Below are positions 29,501-38,708 of a DNA stretch of 64,000 nt, one piece after another. The translations under genes and the position numbers were made by a program. Source of the DNA: a virus (Duplodnaviria > Caudoviricetes); the IMG/VR virus record IMGVR_UViG_3300024348_000028, positions 1,844 through 65,843 of that record; one strand, written 5' to 3'. The notes under the pieces were generated by a model. The model saw nothing but the letters and a program-made list of their open reading frames with translations. It was not told the origin of the DNA and made no database searches. Position 1 is the first letter of the stretch, and the number at the start of each line of letters is the position of its first letter.

Positions 29501-30025
29501 AAACCACCTACTACCAAAACCATCATACTTAAATGATTCATTTGATTTATAGTTTCCATTTGCATCTTTAACAAATAAAGGATTTTCAAATTCAAATACA
29601 CTATTTATTTTTTCGGCAGCTTCATTTTGTTGCTTATAAAAACCATCTTGTATATTGTTTATGCCGTTTACTGCATCATCTGATGCAAAGTCAGAAGGCA
29701 GTCCTTGTTGCTTTTTGTTTGAGTATGAGTCATATACTTTAGTTTCTGCATCATAAATAATATCAGAAATTTCAGCACCCTTTTTTTGAATATTATATTC
29801 TAATACTCTTGGAAGGATATTACCAGCTACCTCAAATGCTTTTGCTCCAACACCATACCAATCAAAAGCACTAGTATCAATACCACCAATCATTTCTCTT
29901 GGAGCGGCCATAGATACTTCACCTTCTTTTACAAAGGTAGCTCCTGCAATTTGTTCCTGAACTTTTGGTGCTTGTATATTTACTTGGTCTGGATTAATTA
30001 TAAAATTATTTGGTGTTGGGGGCAT
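26528..30025 (-). CDS. internal virion protein with C-terminal GH24 lysozyme domain
   Basis: FEG...AYWDDTGKVWTIGKG, NQQAALISFAYN, GLARRRKAE at the C-terminus. Confidence 0.85.
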   Translation of the reverse strand: MPPTPNNFIINPDQVNIQAPKVQEQIAGATFVKEGEVSMAAPREMIGGIDTSAFDWYGVGAKAFEVAGNILPRVLEYNIQKKGAEISDIIYDAETKVYDSYSNKKQQGLPSDFASDDAVNGINNIQDGFYKQQNEAAEKINSVFEFENPLFVKDANGNYKSNESFKYDGFGSRWFDVIDNARRGYKSLAEAGERVQRDALLTMNEQMNLANAFNNGKLGKIQPTDAQKKYNQVVDQNEPGLKQILLPKEQADLLQDKSLIIQQDPNTGITLVDNNRFMELPEDIRKQQYAQYVQEYYPQAGIQVPDQFKRLATALASAPSLGTENPKTFDMFYHIAPQISDESFEYMQTQDSNISEEGMNRLRIIRYLSRNTNKSSGEVLQLVSKTNLETMGALTKAMSTRTSLSQQAGVSGIGSKYTSLENSYSSFFIDQLKTSGLNITQDNLNQTLRENRDIREAYMSGLSFYITPDQELNKDEREKVSQNIIVSSLLTPSTYTIKGVDANNNPRFTRTGLVSPNSIFRPEPTKRTLQQLKQNQLLPKSIKESLNDGSTGELKLGYASQLAMTNLEGDVSGYTGVIASSIDESFFQQRTLFPVDKLQRLVSTIRIERTNPSTGQTYDAGPNKATIYKLAFASSDQVLTKFNGGVRPQTEEEIQRSFYAAMEAIPTADQWGWTPNLSESKGAYRNKTMGEARVDMVLTSIPLYNKDGVGELLTDSTVIPIEMKNGRSFINPVNGQSMSFFSDIKDESGAIDIYGPASDFNVWANSLQSGTNPNQIKLTTSPKTVQNQIDYFVAPKTKDELVGEIKDSLLKTPNRNTSKDSIFVGQDSSMDTIAEFRMALQSEMPFLVKNAQQNMGLNQQQAVELYSALLTDETSAALFEKAKGKQFIVTLADVTLSTKQFLNNAQTNVPNLPPIDSSNNDILKGIQDRITITPTKLMAQAIEQAEIKKQETTPQTKMEWNYDTLSWEKVPVVKEQTFTSDPNFKYGGAIGMIRDFFTGEKTQKETSPGSVGEKPYINLISEFEGMKTEAYWDDTGKVWTIGKGTTTYRNGTPVKKGDKISKEEADNLMQDFVDTKIIPRLSETIPTWNEMNPNQQAALISFAYNMKNGQNFYGRKGFETLTKAVSSVDNFKDVPTALLLYNKTGGKKSKGLARRRKAEADLWSK

Positions 30026-31061
30026 TTACATCTCCTTGAAATAAATCTTTATATTGATTTAAAGCCATATATAAAGTTTTCATTATATCCTTTTCGTTTT
30101 TTACACGACCGCTGTTAATTTCTCCCATCATACCTCTCTCAATTAGAGTTTGATATTCTGGTTTTGCAAACATAGAAAAAGCCTCATTCCACTTATCTGG
30201 TGTTAATGAACCAGTTTCAAGCATATTGGCAGCAACACCTTCTGATGCTTTATTGTCTAAGTTTATTTTAGCTCGTTGATTTGCAACATTAGTTTTAACA
30301 AAGTTTTTAATAAACTCTGGTGCTAGCTCATCAACCATAAGTTGTTCATCTGTATTTGGAGTTCCATATGGATCTTGTGGAAACACTTGAGATCTATCTT
30401 CCAAATCAAAAGCTGGAGTAAAAGCACCATCTTTATTTGCTACACCAAAGCGTCCGTTTATTGCATTAGATACATCTAAAAGATTCATTCTTTCTAGTTT
30501 TAATAAATCTTCAATATGAGCATCTTCTGATACATCGGGATCTAATTCTTTAGGAGTCAGTTGTTTAAGTCTTTTACTAAGATCATCTTTATAAACTTGC
30601 TTTGCTTTATTAAGATTAATATCTGCGTTTCTAGTTGAGAAGTTTTGAAGATCATCTTTAAATTCTTCTACCATCCACTTTGGCCATCTTGAAACTTTAT
30701 CTCTTAAGAAATGTTCTTTTTCAGTTGGACTTTGAAACATTTCCATTTCTCTTTCTGTTCTAGAAATAAGTTCTTCTTTAGCTTTGGATTCTCCGTCTGG
30801 GTGTAACTCAAGATACTTTTTCCAATACTGTTCTTTTATTTTATCTGTTGGTAATGGAAGTTCTTTTGTTGCTTGTAACCAAGTATTAAAAAACTCTTGT
30901 TTATTATTTGGGTACATTTGTTTAATACTGGCTTCAATTTTTTCTAGTTTGTTTTTAGTTTGGTCAGCTCTTATATCTGAAAATCTTTTACTATTAGTTT
31001 TTCCAGTATAAGTTGTACCTTCAGCTATTTGTTGTAGTTTGTTTAATTTATCAGTATTCAT
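30006..31061 (-). CDS. putative internal virion protein
   Basis: position between the gp14-like and lysozyme-bearing genes. Confidence 0.55.
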   Translation of the reverse strand: MNTDKLNKLQQIAEGTTYTGKTNSKRFSDIRADQTKNKLEKIEASIKQMYPNNKQEFFNTWLQATKELPLPTDKIKEQYWKKYLELHPDGESKAKEELISRTEREMEMFQSPTEKEHFLRDKVSRWPKWMVEEFKDDLQNFSTRNADINLNKAKQVYKDDLSKRLKQLTPKELDPDVSEDAHIEDLLKLERMNLLDVSNAINGRFGVANKDGAFTPAFDLEDRSQVFPQDPYGTPNTDEQLMVDELAPEFIKNFVKTNVANQRAKINLDNKASEGVAANMLETGSLTPDKWNEAFSMFAKPEYQTLIERGMMGEINSGRVKNEKDIMKTLYMALNQYKDLFQGDVNAPNTK

Positions 31062-31072
31062 TTTATCTCTCT

Positions 31073-31810
31073 TTATGCTGCGCCCATAGCACTTCCACCG
31101 ATAGATGAAGCATTGCCCCAATCAGTTATACTCTCACCAAGACTACCACTAGGACCGCCACCACTACCTTTACCGTATAATAGACCAGCTGTAATACCAG
31201 CTTGTAGGCCACTAAGAGCACCGCTAGCAAGAATCTGTCCAGTATTGTTTGCACTAATCATTCCATCATAACCGGGTAAATAAGTCTGTAGTTCTTGATA
31301 ATTAAAATCTCTTTGTGCTAGTTTATTTTGATAACTAGTTTGAATATCTCTCATTTGATTCATTCTATTTACTCTGAGATTTGCCATATTAACTGTAGCG
31401 TTTTCAAGATTTTGTCTTAATAATGCTCTGGCTGTTCCTGAAGATGCTGATATATTTCTACCGCTTACACTAGATAGTAATGCTGAGTTTACTTGGTTTG
31501 TTTGTTTACTAAATTGACCTTTTGCATTATCATAACCAAGTTCTGTATAAACTTCTTGAATTGCTCGTTCGCTAAGCGCGGTTCTTTCAATTGCTTTATT
31601 ATTAATTGCTTTAGCTAAATTAGCTTTTTCAATATTACGATTATTTGCTTGAATTTGAGATTTTCTTTGGAAATTAGCGTTTTGTGCAATTAATTGTTGT
31701 TGCATTGCTTGGGCTTGTGCTTGATTAGAAGCACCCAAACCCTGCATTAAGCTTTGACCAATAGACAAAGCAGCCATTCCACCACCAACTGCTAATGTTG
31801 CATATGACAT
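31073..31810 (-). CDS. T7 gp14-like internal virion protein
   Basis: Ala/Gln-rich with hydrophobic ends; SGRNISASSGTA motif like the gp14 family. Confidence 0.65.
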   Translation of the reverse strand: MSYATLAVGGGMAALSIGQSLMQGLGASNQAQAQAMQQQLIAQNANFQRKSQIQANNRNIEKANLAKAINNKAIERTALSERAIQEVYTELGYDNAKGQFSKQTNQVNSALLSSVSGRNISASSGTARALLRQNLENATVNMANLRVNRMNQMRDIQTSYQNKLAQRDFNYQELQTYLPGYDGMISANNTGQILASGALSGLQAGITAGLLYGKGSGGGPSGSLGESITDWGNASSIGGSAMGAA

Positions 31811-31812
31811 TA

Positions 31813-32271
31813 TTAATTTCCTTTATCAATAAGTATTGTATTCTTTTTTATTTTTTCTGTCTGTAGTTTTTCAATTTCACTTGTAAATTCTTTTTCAGCT
31901 TCTTCAACACTAGTTTTGTTTGTGTGTATTAGCGTAGTCCAATATGTATCAGCATGGGCTATTCCAGCTCTCTTTGCACCCCGTATAGCAGGGATAACAT
32001 GATAACCAGTAAAGCGTTGTGGACCATCGTTTGTAGTGACTGTTATATCACCACTTATAATACAGATATTATCTATATTTGAAAAAGCACCAGTAATTAG
32101 AGTACCTGCTGGTATAAAAATTGTTCTTGAATACATAGATCCAAATATAAGACCTTCTGTTTGTAGAAATACTTGTGGCATATCTGAAGCAATTTTTTCC
32201 AACTCAGTTACTTTTTGATTATTAATTCTTTGTAGTTCTTCTTTATCAACTATTGGGAGTATATCTGTCAC
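31813..32271 (-). CDS. cupin-fold phage protein
   Basis: MYSRTIFIPAGTLITG, ISGDITV, GAKRAG.A..DTYWTT.H pattern. Confidence 0.6.
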   Translation of the reverse strand: MTDILPIVDKEELQRINNQKVTELEKIASDMPQVFLQTEGLIFGSMYSRTIFIPAGTLITGAFSNIDNICIISGDITVTTNDGPQRFTGYHVIPAIRGAKRAGIAHADTYWTTLIHTNKTSVEEAEKEFTSEIEKLQTEKIKKNTILIDKGN

Positions 32272-33956
32272 CTTCTAAATCTCCTTTTTATGATGCTTGG
32301 ATATAGTTTTTGGTTAATATTTGGATTGCCATTAACTATTAAAGCACCACTTACTCTTTCTCCAAGTAATCCTAAAGATCTTTTATTACTCATCCAATCT
32401 TTAATCTGCTGTTTATATTCTTCTTTTTTATTCTTTTGTATTTGAGAATCAGCATCAATTGATAAAGAATCTTGCCAATAGGCTACAGCACTAGCTAAAA
32501 TATCTACTCTATCGTCATGCTTAAGACTTCCACGACGCTCTGTTATTCTTGTTATTTGTTTTTGATTTTCTTGATTCTTAATAGCTTTGGTATTAAAAAT
32601 TAATTTATGTACTGCCATTATTGGTTCAAGAACTCTAATAATTCTTTGCTCTTTATTTCCAGTAACTTTAAAATCTTCTATTGCTACTTGTCCACAGATC
32701 TCAGAAACGACTGGCCTTAGTAAATTACAATACATAGCATCACCAAAGTTAGCTTCAACTCTAATTAGATTAATATCATATTGATAAGCTAACTTAGCAA
32801 TCTTCTTTAATAAGGCTTCTTCGTATCCTCCTTGCAAACCAAGCAATTCATGTACGATGACATAGCCATTGACAAATGACGCAATGCAAATAGCCGTTTC
32901 ATCTGATCCACGGCCACTAGGGTCAATAAACATTGCAGTCTGCATATACGGTATAAAATTAGGGCTAATCCATTGTGGTTCATATAGTAGATCTCCTGAA
33001 ATACCAAACGATTCAATTTGTTTCTTTGGAGTACGCTTTTCCCAAGTAATCTTTTCAGGGAATACTTCAGGATTAACATCAATAACTATTAAATCTTCTA
33101 ACTTAAGGGGATACTTAGCTCTATCACTAAGGGTAGGATCTAATTTGTAGTGAAGTGCAAATAATCTTGGACCAATCTTAGCTTCTCTAGACTTAAGTAC
33201 ATCTATAGGGAATCTCTCTGGTTGTGTTGATTCTCCTACTTCTAGCTCCAACTTTAGGATATATTCTGCACAGTTATCTATTTCACCCGGAACATCTGGA
33301 TTTGGCATAACTGCTGGAAACTTTATAATAGGATAAGAGTTAGATAATTTAAGATAAATACTATCTGTTGATTGATATGTTCCTAGAATACGAATACAAC
33401 CATCTGGTGTATTGTTTCTAATTTGTTCTAACTCAGCCAACTTATTTAAAAGTTTTTCTCTTGCTGAAGGAGTATCTGCGTTTTCTTCAATCTCAACATC
33501 GTCTACAATAATATCGTCGGCGTGGCTACCAGTTATCTGACCAGTAATACCTCTAGCATAGCAAGATAAATCCTGACCGAATACTGTACGACAACCAATA
33601 TTAAAACCGAATGCACTATCTTTATCAAACTCTTTTGGTTTAAGATGGTTGCAGTATGGAACAACTTCTAGGATTTGTCTTACCTGAGCAATAAAGTTAA
33701 TTGCTCTTAAAGTTGTTGCAGAGATAACCATAATAGTTCTATCTGGATTTGTTAGTAATCTCCAACTAGCAAAGCAAGCATTGATTACAGATTTACCTGC
33801 ACCACGACCAGCCTGTAATTGGAAGTCTCTTGGTCCAGTTTGCATTAGATCTGCCATAGCGTATTGTAATGGTGTTGGCTCTCCAAGACCTAAGTACTTA
33901 AAACAGGCCCATAGGTGGTTTCTAAAGTCTTCAACCATTTCTTGTGGTGCTTGCAT
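32268..33956 (-). CDS. terminase large subunit (T7 gp19-like)
   Basis: QAGRGAGKS Walker A, GQITGSHADDIIVDDVE, IDPSGRGSDETA, HDDRVD. Confidence 0.96.
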   Translation of the reverse strand: MQAPQEMVEDFRNHLWACFKYLGLGEPTPLQYAMADLMQTGPRDFQLQAGRGAGKSVINACFASWRLLTNPDRTIMVISATTLRAINFIAQVRQILEVVPYCNHLKPKEFDKDSAFGFNIGCRTVFGQDLSCYARGITGQITGSHADDIIVDDVEIEENADTPSAREKLLNKLAELEQIRNNTPDGCIRILGTYQSTDSIYLKLSNSYPIIKFPAVMPNPDVPGEIDNCAEYILKLELEVGESTQPERFPIDVLKSREAKIGPRLFALHYKLDPTLSDRAKYPLKLEDLIVIDVNPEVFPEKITWEKRTPKKQIESFGISGDLLYEPQWISPNFIPYMQTAMFIDPSGRGSDETAICIASFVNGYVIVHELLGLQGGYEEALLKKIAKLAYQYDINLIRVEANFGDAMYCNLLRPVVSEICGQVAIEDFKVTGNKEQRIIRVLEPIMAVHKLIFNTKAIKNQENQKQITRITERRGSLKHDDRVDILASAVAYWQDSLSIDADSQIQKNKKEEYKQQIKDWMSNKRSLGLLGERVSGALIVNGNPNINQKLYPSIIKRRFRR

Positions 33957-34005
33957 ACATCCTCCATAATAAGAACTACAACAATTATGTCATAGTTCCT
34001 TGTTA

Positions 34006-34236
34006 TCAGCCATTGGCTGCTTTAAATTTAAATGGAGCCTTGGAAGCCATCTTAGCTTCTAGCTCATCTAGCGTAGCATGGGAGATACCATCCAGTACCT
34101 CCCTATTGTCGTTTATAAGCCCTCTGATGACCGTATAAAGCCCCGGAGTACATCGGGTGGGGTCATCTAGGTCTAAGAGCAGCTGGCTCAGTAAACGGTC
34201 GTTAAGGCGTTTAATGAGATCATTGTTATCGGACAT
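34006..34236 (-). CDS. putative terminase small subunit (gp18-like)
   Basis: size, position directly upstream of TerL, TP.....I...INDN pattern. Confidence 0.6.
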   Translation of the reverse strand: MSDNNDLIKRLNDRLLSQLLLDLDDPTRCTPGLYTVIRGLINDNREVLDGISHATLDELEAKMASKAPFKFKAANG

Positions 34237-34238
34237 AT

Positions 34239-34349
34239 TCAGCCTTTGATCCAAGTCTTGATCTTATCAACACTTACAATATGACCAGCTACATAACCAG
34301 CAAATAACATAAAGCAACCAAACCAAACACTTCCTAAAAATGATTCCAT
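34239..34349 (-). CDS. small membrane protein (36 aa)
   Basis: AAGGAG RBS; single hydrophobic helix. Confidence 0.5.
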   Translation of the reverse strand: MESFLGSVWFGCFMLFAGYVAGHIVSVDKIKTWIKG

Positions 34350-34350
34350 A

Positions 34351-34512
34351 TTATTCTCCTTCTACAAAAGATTTATTAACATAAGACCACCCAGTACTTA
34401 CTGGGGAATCTTCAGATAGTTCTACTAACTCAAAGTTTCCACCTAAATCAATAAAACCAATTATAACATTTATTACTTTATTTGTTTCTTTATTAACTAT
34501 TGCATATCTCAT
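34351..34512 (-). CDS. small tail-fibre-associated protein (MRYAIVNK...GWSY...F)
   Basis: manual translation; ATGA coupling to the Gly-rich gene. Confidence 0.55.
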   Translation of the reverse strand: MRYAIVNKETNKVINVIIGFIDLGGNFELVELSEDSPVSTGWSYVNKSFVEGE

Positions 34513-35540
34513 AATAGTGTGATTATTTTACAATAACCATTTCCTCCTCTTCCTCCAGCCCCACCAGTAGCGTTTCCACCACCTATGTTTCCACAAGCAC
34601 CGCCACCGCCTCCTCCACCACCTCGCCATCCTTCACCACCAGCACCCGCTACTAAAGCACCAGCAGAAGAGTTAGACCTAGCTCCTCCTCCACCGCCACC
34701 GTAACCAGCACCTTCTTGGGCATTGAATAAAAGATTATCATTTGTATAACCAGTTGATCCATAGTAACCTGTTGTCATAATATCATATGGAGCAGATCCA
34801 CCATCAATATAGGTTGTGCTTGTATCTGGGAATGTTCCGGCAGTTCCGGCAGTTCCGTTGGCGTTTCCTGATCTACCACCACCGCCACCACCGCTAGTGT
34901 CTGGATTAGAGCCTAAAGCTCCCTGTGCTCCGTTAAACGCGGTTCCTGCTGTTATGGATATCCCACCGCCTCCACCGCCACCCGGACCAGTTAGACCCGG
35001 AATAGCGGGATTTGTAGCAGCAGCAGTAATAGATGAAGCACCACCAGCACCAGAAACAAAACCGTTAAAGCCTCTAGTTGCTCCACCGGACGCAGCAGCA
35101 GTAGTACCACCAACTCCAGCTAAACCAGCTCTAGCATAAAAACCATATACAGTTGGGTTATTAAAGTTAGCAGCAAAACCCGGTGGCCTACCAAAAACAC
35201 TTTCTCCACCGTTAGACCCGGTATTTCCGTTTGTGTTTGCTCCACCAGAACCACCGTTTCCACCAGCTCCAATAAGAACTTCACAAAGATCTGGTAAAAG
35301 AGAAGCTGGATAAAACATCCAACCACCAGAGCCACCAGAGCCACCACCCCCACCTGAAGCAGCAGATGTTCTATTTTGTCTTCCATGACCACCACCACCT
35401 CCACCTCCCGCTCCAACCATATATACCCAAACTAATTTAGCACCTTTTGGTTTTCTCCAGAATCCAGTAGAATCAAATTCTTGAATATTAATACCCTCAT
35501 TTGGGCTTTGAGAAGGAAAACCAAAAAAGCCTAAGTTCAT
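34509..35540 (-). CDS. glycine-rich tail fibre/receptor-binding-type protein
   Basis: F.STG.W.KP.GAK.V.V.MVGAGGGGG start and GGNGYCKI end. Confidence 0.75.
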   Translation of the reverse strand: MNLGFFGFPSQSPNEGINIQEFDSTGFWRKPKGAKLVWVYMVGAGGGGGGGHGRQNRTSAASGGGGGSGGSGGWMFYPASLLPDLCEVLIGAGGNGGSGGANTNGNTGSNGGESVFGRPPGFAANFNNPTVYGFYARAGLAGVGGTTAAASGGATRGFNGFVSGAGGASSITAAATNPAIPGLTGPGGGGGGGISITAGTAFNGAQGALGSNPDTSGGGGGGRSGNANGTAGTAGTFPDTSTTYIDGGSAPYDIMTTGYYGSTGYTNDNLLFNAQEGAGYGGGGGGARSNSSAGALVAGAGGEGWRGGGGGGGGACGNIGGGNATGGAGGRGGNGYCKIITLL

Positions 35541-35962
35541 AGTGTACCGCTTTCGACAACAATATTAAAAGTTTCTGAAATATTTGTAGATGCATACAAG
35601 TTTGTTGCATTGCTACTGACTGTACCGGGCAATACTAAACCAACTAGTTCAGGTACTTCTGCTCTAAATGGTGGAGTAGTACCAGCAGTTGCTGTAATAG
35701 CAGGAATAACTCTTTCAACCAATAATCTTTTTGTAGTTCCACCGTCTGTTGAAATGAATATTCTTACTGCATTAGCCAATGTTGTTGCTGTACCACAAAT
35801 AGTAATTCTTAAAATTCTTTTACCAATTCCAGCAGCAGATGCTGAAGATGGACCTGCACATATTAGTGTGGTTGTGGATGGTGCTGTTCTACTAGTGTCG
35901 GCTGTAGTTACTTGAGAAACTTCAATAACTGGAGTAGAAACATATTGTGCTGTTGTAGCCAT
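35537..35962 (-). CDS. putative tail-associated structural protein
   Basis: Thr/Ala-rich beta-type protein in the fibre cluster. Confidence 0.6.
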   Translation of the reverse strand: MATTAQYVSTPVIEVSQVTTADTSRTAPSTTTLICAGPSSASAAGIGKRILRITICGTATTLANAVRIFISTDGGTTKRLLVERVIPAITATAGTTPPFRAEVPELVGLVLPGTVSSNATNLYASTNISETFNIVVESGTL

Positions 35963-37231
35963 TTAAATTATTCCTTTATCAAATAATAAGTAATCTAATC
36001 TTGGTTGTATATTTAATGCTTCAATAGATTTATTTACCCATTGAGATGTTGATGAATCATAACTTAATAAATCATTATTAGTAACACTAGTAATTGTAAC
36101 ATCACCAAAGTCATCAATAACAGAATAAGAAACACCGCCACCACCAATATTTGCAGTATTTCTAAATAAACCTGATGCAATAAACTTAGCATTACTTGTG
36201 TTATCTAAAGCAGTTGCGTTTCCTCTTACAATTAAATAACCAAGAAATACACCTTGAGTTGCTGTTGAATCATTTTCAGAGAAAGTTTCATATTGAATAT
36301 TTGCTTGAGCTGATTCAATCGAATTATATAACTGCCTTCCATAATAAGAACCCATAACTAAAGGTTGATTTGGAAGAGCAAATAATCTTTGTACTGTGTA
36401 TTGACCACCAGATACCGAGTTTAAAGTACCTGTTCCATCATCCCATTTAGTTGGATCTATTGCTGAATTAACAACTGTAGTAAACCCACCAGAACCATTT
36501 CTATACCAACGATATACGGTTGTTACTGGATTTGCATTTGTATCTGTAACAATATTAGGATTATTTGGATCTGTTGGATAGTTTCTACCAAGTGCATACG
36601 ATTTACCAGTACTTTTATTTACTTGAAGATTAGCACCATTTGCTGATATTTCATATCCAGATAATTTTAATGGACCGAATGCTCTAATAAACGGGTCCAT
36701 TTGAGATGGTTGTCCATATGAAACATGTGGATATGCTTTTGCAATATTAATAGTTGCTCTATCTGGATGTACTAAAGCACCTAGTGGAATCTGTGCTTCA
36801 TATTGTGTATCTGTCCAGCTATTTGATTGTTGTACAATAGTACCACTAGAGTTTATTGAAATCCAAGTTTCATCAGTACTTGCTAAGTTTGTTAAAGTAA
36901 TTCCTGTTTGTGCTGCCCAAGTTACATTTGTTACAGTTGGGTTTGGCATTGCAGTAAGAGTAGCCCCAGTACTAACGATCATGCCAGCACCAGCAGTAAG
37001 GTCAAATTTACTAGGATCACTAGCGTTAATACTAACTAGACCACCATATAGAATGCCTGTTTGTAAGTTCTCTATAAGACGATCATTTGGAACTCCATCC
37101 CAATTACCATAAAAGTTAACAGCAGTTACATCTCCAGTAGTGGTTGTATAATTACCAGAAGAATCTATAAGATCTACTGGTGGGTGGTTTATAGAAAAAC
37201 CAGCTCTTCCATTAAATTTTTGAATAGCCAT
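35963..37231 (-). CDS. putative tail fibre/structural protein
   Basis: DVTITS...DLLSYDSSTSQWVN fibre repeat near the C-terminus. Confidence 0.65.
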   Translation of the reverse strand: MAIQKFNGRAGFSINHPPVDLIDSSGNYTTTTGDVTAVNFYGNWDGVPNDRLIENLQTGILYGGLVSINASDPSKFDLTAGAGMIVSTGATLTAMPNPTVTNVTWAAQTGITLTNLASTDETWISINSSGTIVQQSNSWTDTQYEAQIPLGALVHPDRATINIAKAYPHVSYGQPSQMDPFIRAFGPLKLSGYEISANGANLQVNKSTGKSYALGRNYPTDPNNPNIVTDTNANPVTTVYRWYRNGSGGFTTVVNSAIDPTKWDDGTGTLNSVSGGQYTVQRLFALPNQPLVMGSYYGRQLYNSIESAQANIQYETFSENDSTATQGVFLGYLIVRGNATALDNTSNAKFIASGLFRNTANIGGGGVSYSVIDDFGDVTITSVTNNDLLSYDSSTSQWVNKSIEALNIQPRLDYLLFDKGII

Positions 37232-37241
37232 ATATTATTCC

Positions 37242-37982
37242 TTATTCAATTGCAATATAACCAGTACTCCACTGTTTATCAATACCAAGTGTACATAAAG
37301 CGGTAACTCTATGAAACATTCTTGATGTTAATAAAGGAGCAACACGCAATTCAAACATTTTATCTACAGAATCATAAACAACGCTATAGACTGCAAAATC
37401 AGAAACTGAAGTATATGTATTTCCATACTCTACAAAATTAACTGAAGGTGTTTGAGTTATACCATATGCTTCATAGTCGTGATTTAAAGCTGCTAATATT
37501 TTTGTAATTTTTCTTTTTGTTAGTTTTGTTGGTAAGGTAGAACCAGTAGTATTTCCTACTTCTGTTTGAATAGTAAACTCAATACAACCAATAACATTAT
37601 AATCATTGGTTGCTAGGTTTCCTTCATATAAAGGAAATTGCATTATAGGAACAACTGTTGTGCTTCCAGTTAATAGGTTTGCGGTTACAATTTTAGAGGT
37701 TGTATCTATCTTTATTGTATTAATAACAGGTTCGTTTATTTCTGGTTCATTTATTGTTGGAGTTGTCCCAAATATTAAACTACCAGATCCAGATTCATCT
37801 GTAATAATTGCCGCTAGTTCTGCTGAAGTAGTAGCACCAAACTGACCCAAAGAGTTTTCTTTATTAGCAAATCCAGAAAGATTTTCTTCTTTAAGATTAT
37901 GTATTACTCCAGTAGTATTTCTTTTTAGAATACCACGGTCTGCTGAGTGTTGTCCAATATCAATCGGTCTTTTTCCCGGCAT
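37242..37982 (-). CDS. putative tail fibre/structural protein (start MPGKRP)
   Basis: LGQFGATTSAELAAIITDESGSGSLIFGTTP fibre-type segment; AAAGG RBS. Confidence 0.6.
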   Translation of the reverse strand: MPGKRPIDIGQHSADRGILKRNTTGVIHNLKEENLSGFANKENSLGQFGATTSAELAAIITDESGSGSLIFGTTPTINEPEINEPVINTIKIDTTSKIVTANLLTGSTTVVPIMQFPLYEGNLATNDYNVIGCIEFTIQTEVGNTTGSTLPTKLTKRKITKILAALNHDYEAYGITQTPSVNFVEYGNTYTSVSDFAVYSVVYDSVDKMFELRVAPLLTSRMFHRVTALCTLGIDKQWSTGYIAIE

Positions 37983-38439
37983 TGTTATTTTCCTTTCTCC
38001 ATGCAGCATCGAATTCAGGATCGCTAAGTCGCCTAGCTGCAATCCACTCTCTAATACCCTCTGGTTTAGATTCATCTAATACCGATTGAGCTAGAGCAGC
38101 TTCTTTCTTTTTATTACTTGGTATCCATCCTATGGCAAGACGGATAGCTTGGCCTATACCTGTCTGCCACAGAATGATTACAATACCAATAAAGATAATA
38201 GAGATAAATCCATATTGAATTAAAGAAGCCCACCAAGGGGTAATATCTTTAACTCCACTAATGGCATCTGCTATATCTTTTGTTTCACCTAAAATAATTT
38301 CCGCGTGTTTATGAGCAATAGTTATATCTTGAGTATCAAGAATTTTAATTGCGTTTTCTTGAACTATATGGTTACTAGTAGATATCTGATTAACAGATGA
38401 GCAACCACATAGTAACAACATAGTTAAGAATTTTTTCAT
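37960..38439 (-). CDS. membrane lipoprotein (possible lysis/spanin-like)
   Basis: signal peptide with LLCGC lipobox and one downstream TM helix. Confidence 0.55.
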   Translation of the reverse strand: MKKFLTMLLLCGCSSVNQISTSNHIVQENAIKILDTQDITIAHKHAEIILGETKDIADAISGVKDITPWWASLIQYGFISIIFIGIVIILWQTGIGQAIRLAIGWIPSNKKKEAALAQSVLDESKPEGIREWIAARRLSDPEFDAAWRKENNNAGKKTD

Positions 38440-38696
38440 AGACTTCTTTCTAATACCTCAATACGATGTCTTAGTTCTTTAAGATCACCCATCATAACAA
38501 TTATGCTTTTACCTTGTTCAATATCTGTTTTAACAAGATCTTTTGCAATATCTCGTAATACAATTAATTCTTCTATATTACGATCTATCATAGCATCTCT
38601 TTTTCCTAATTTAAGAATAACGGTAACTACACCAACAGTCAGAATAGCCAACTGCATCATAGCTACATAAATACCAATATTATTTTGATCTGACAT
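38436..38696 (-). CDS. TM plus coiled-coil protein (possible holin-like)
   Basis: N-terminal hydrophobic helix and C-terminal heptads. Confidence 0.5.
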   Translation of the reverse strand: MSDQNNIGIYVAMMQLAILTVGVVTVILKLGKRDAMIDRNIEELIVLRDIAKDLVKTDIEQGKSIIVMMGDLKELRHRIEVLERSL

Positions 38697-38708
38697 GATA
38701 TAGTTCCT

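Noticed and set aside
34509-35540. GGN/CCN-rich low-complexity repeats as a DNA repeat element
   Set aside because: Explained by glycine codons of a Gly-rich tail protein
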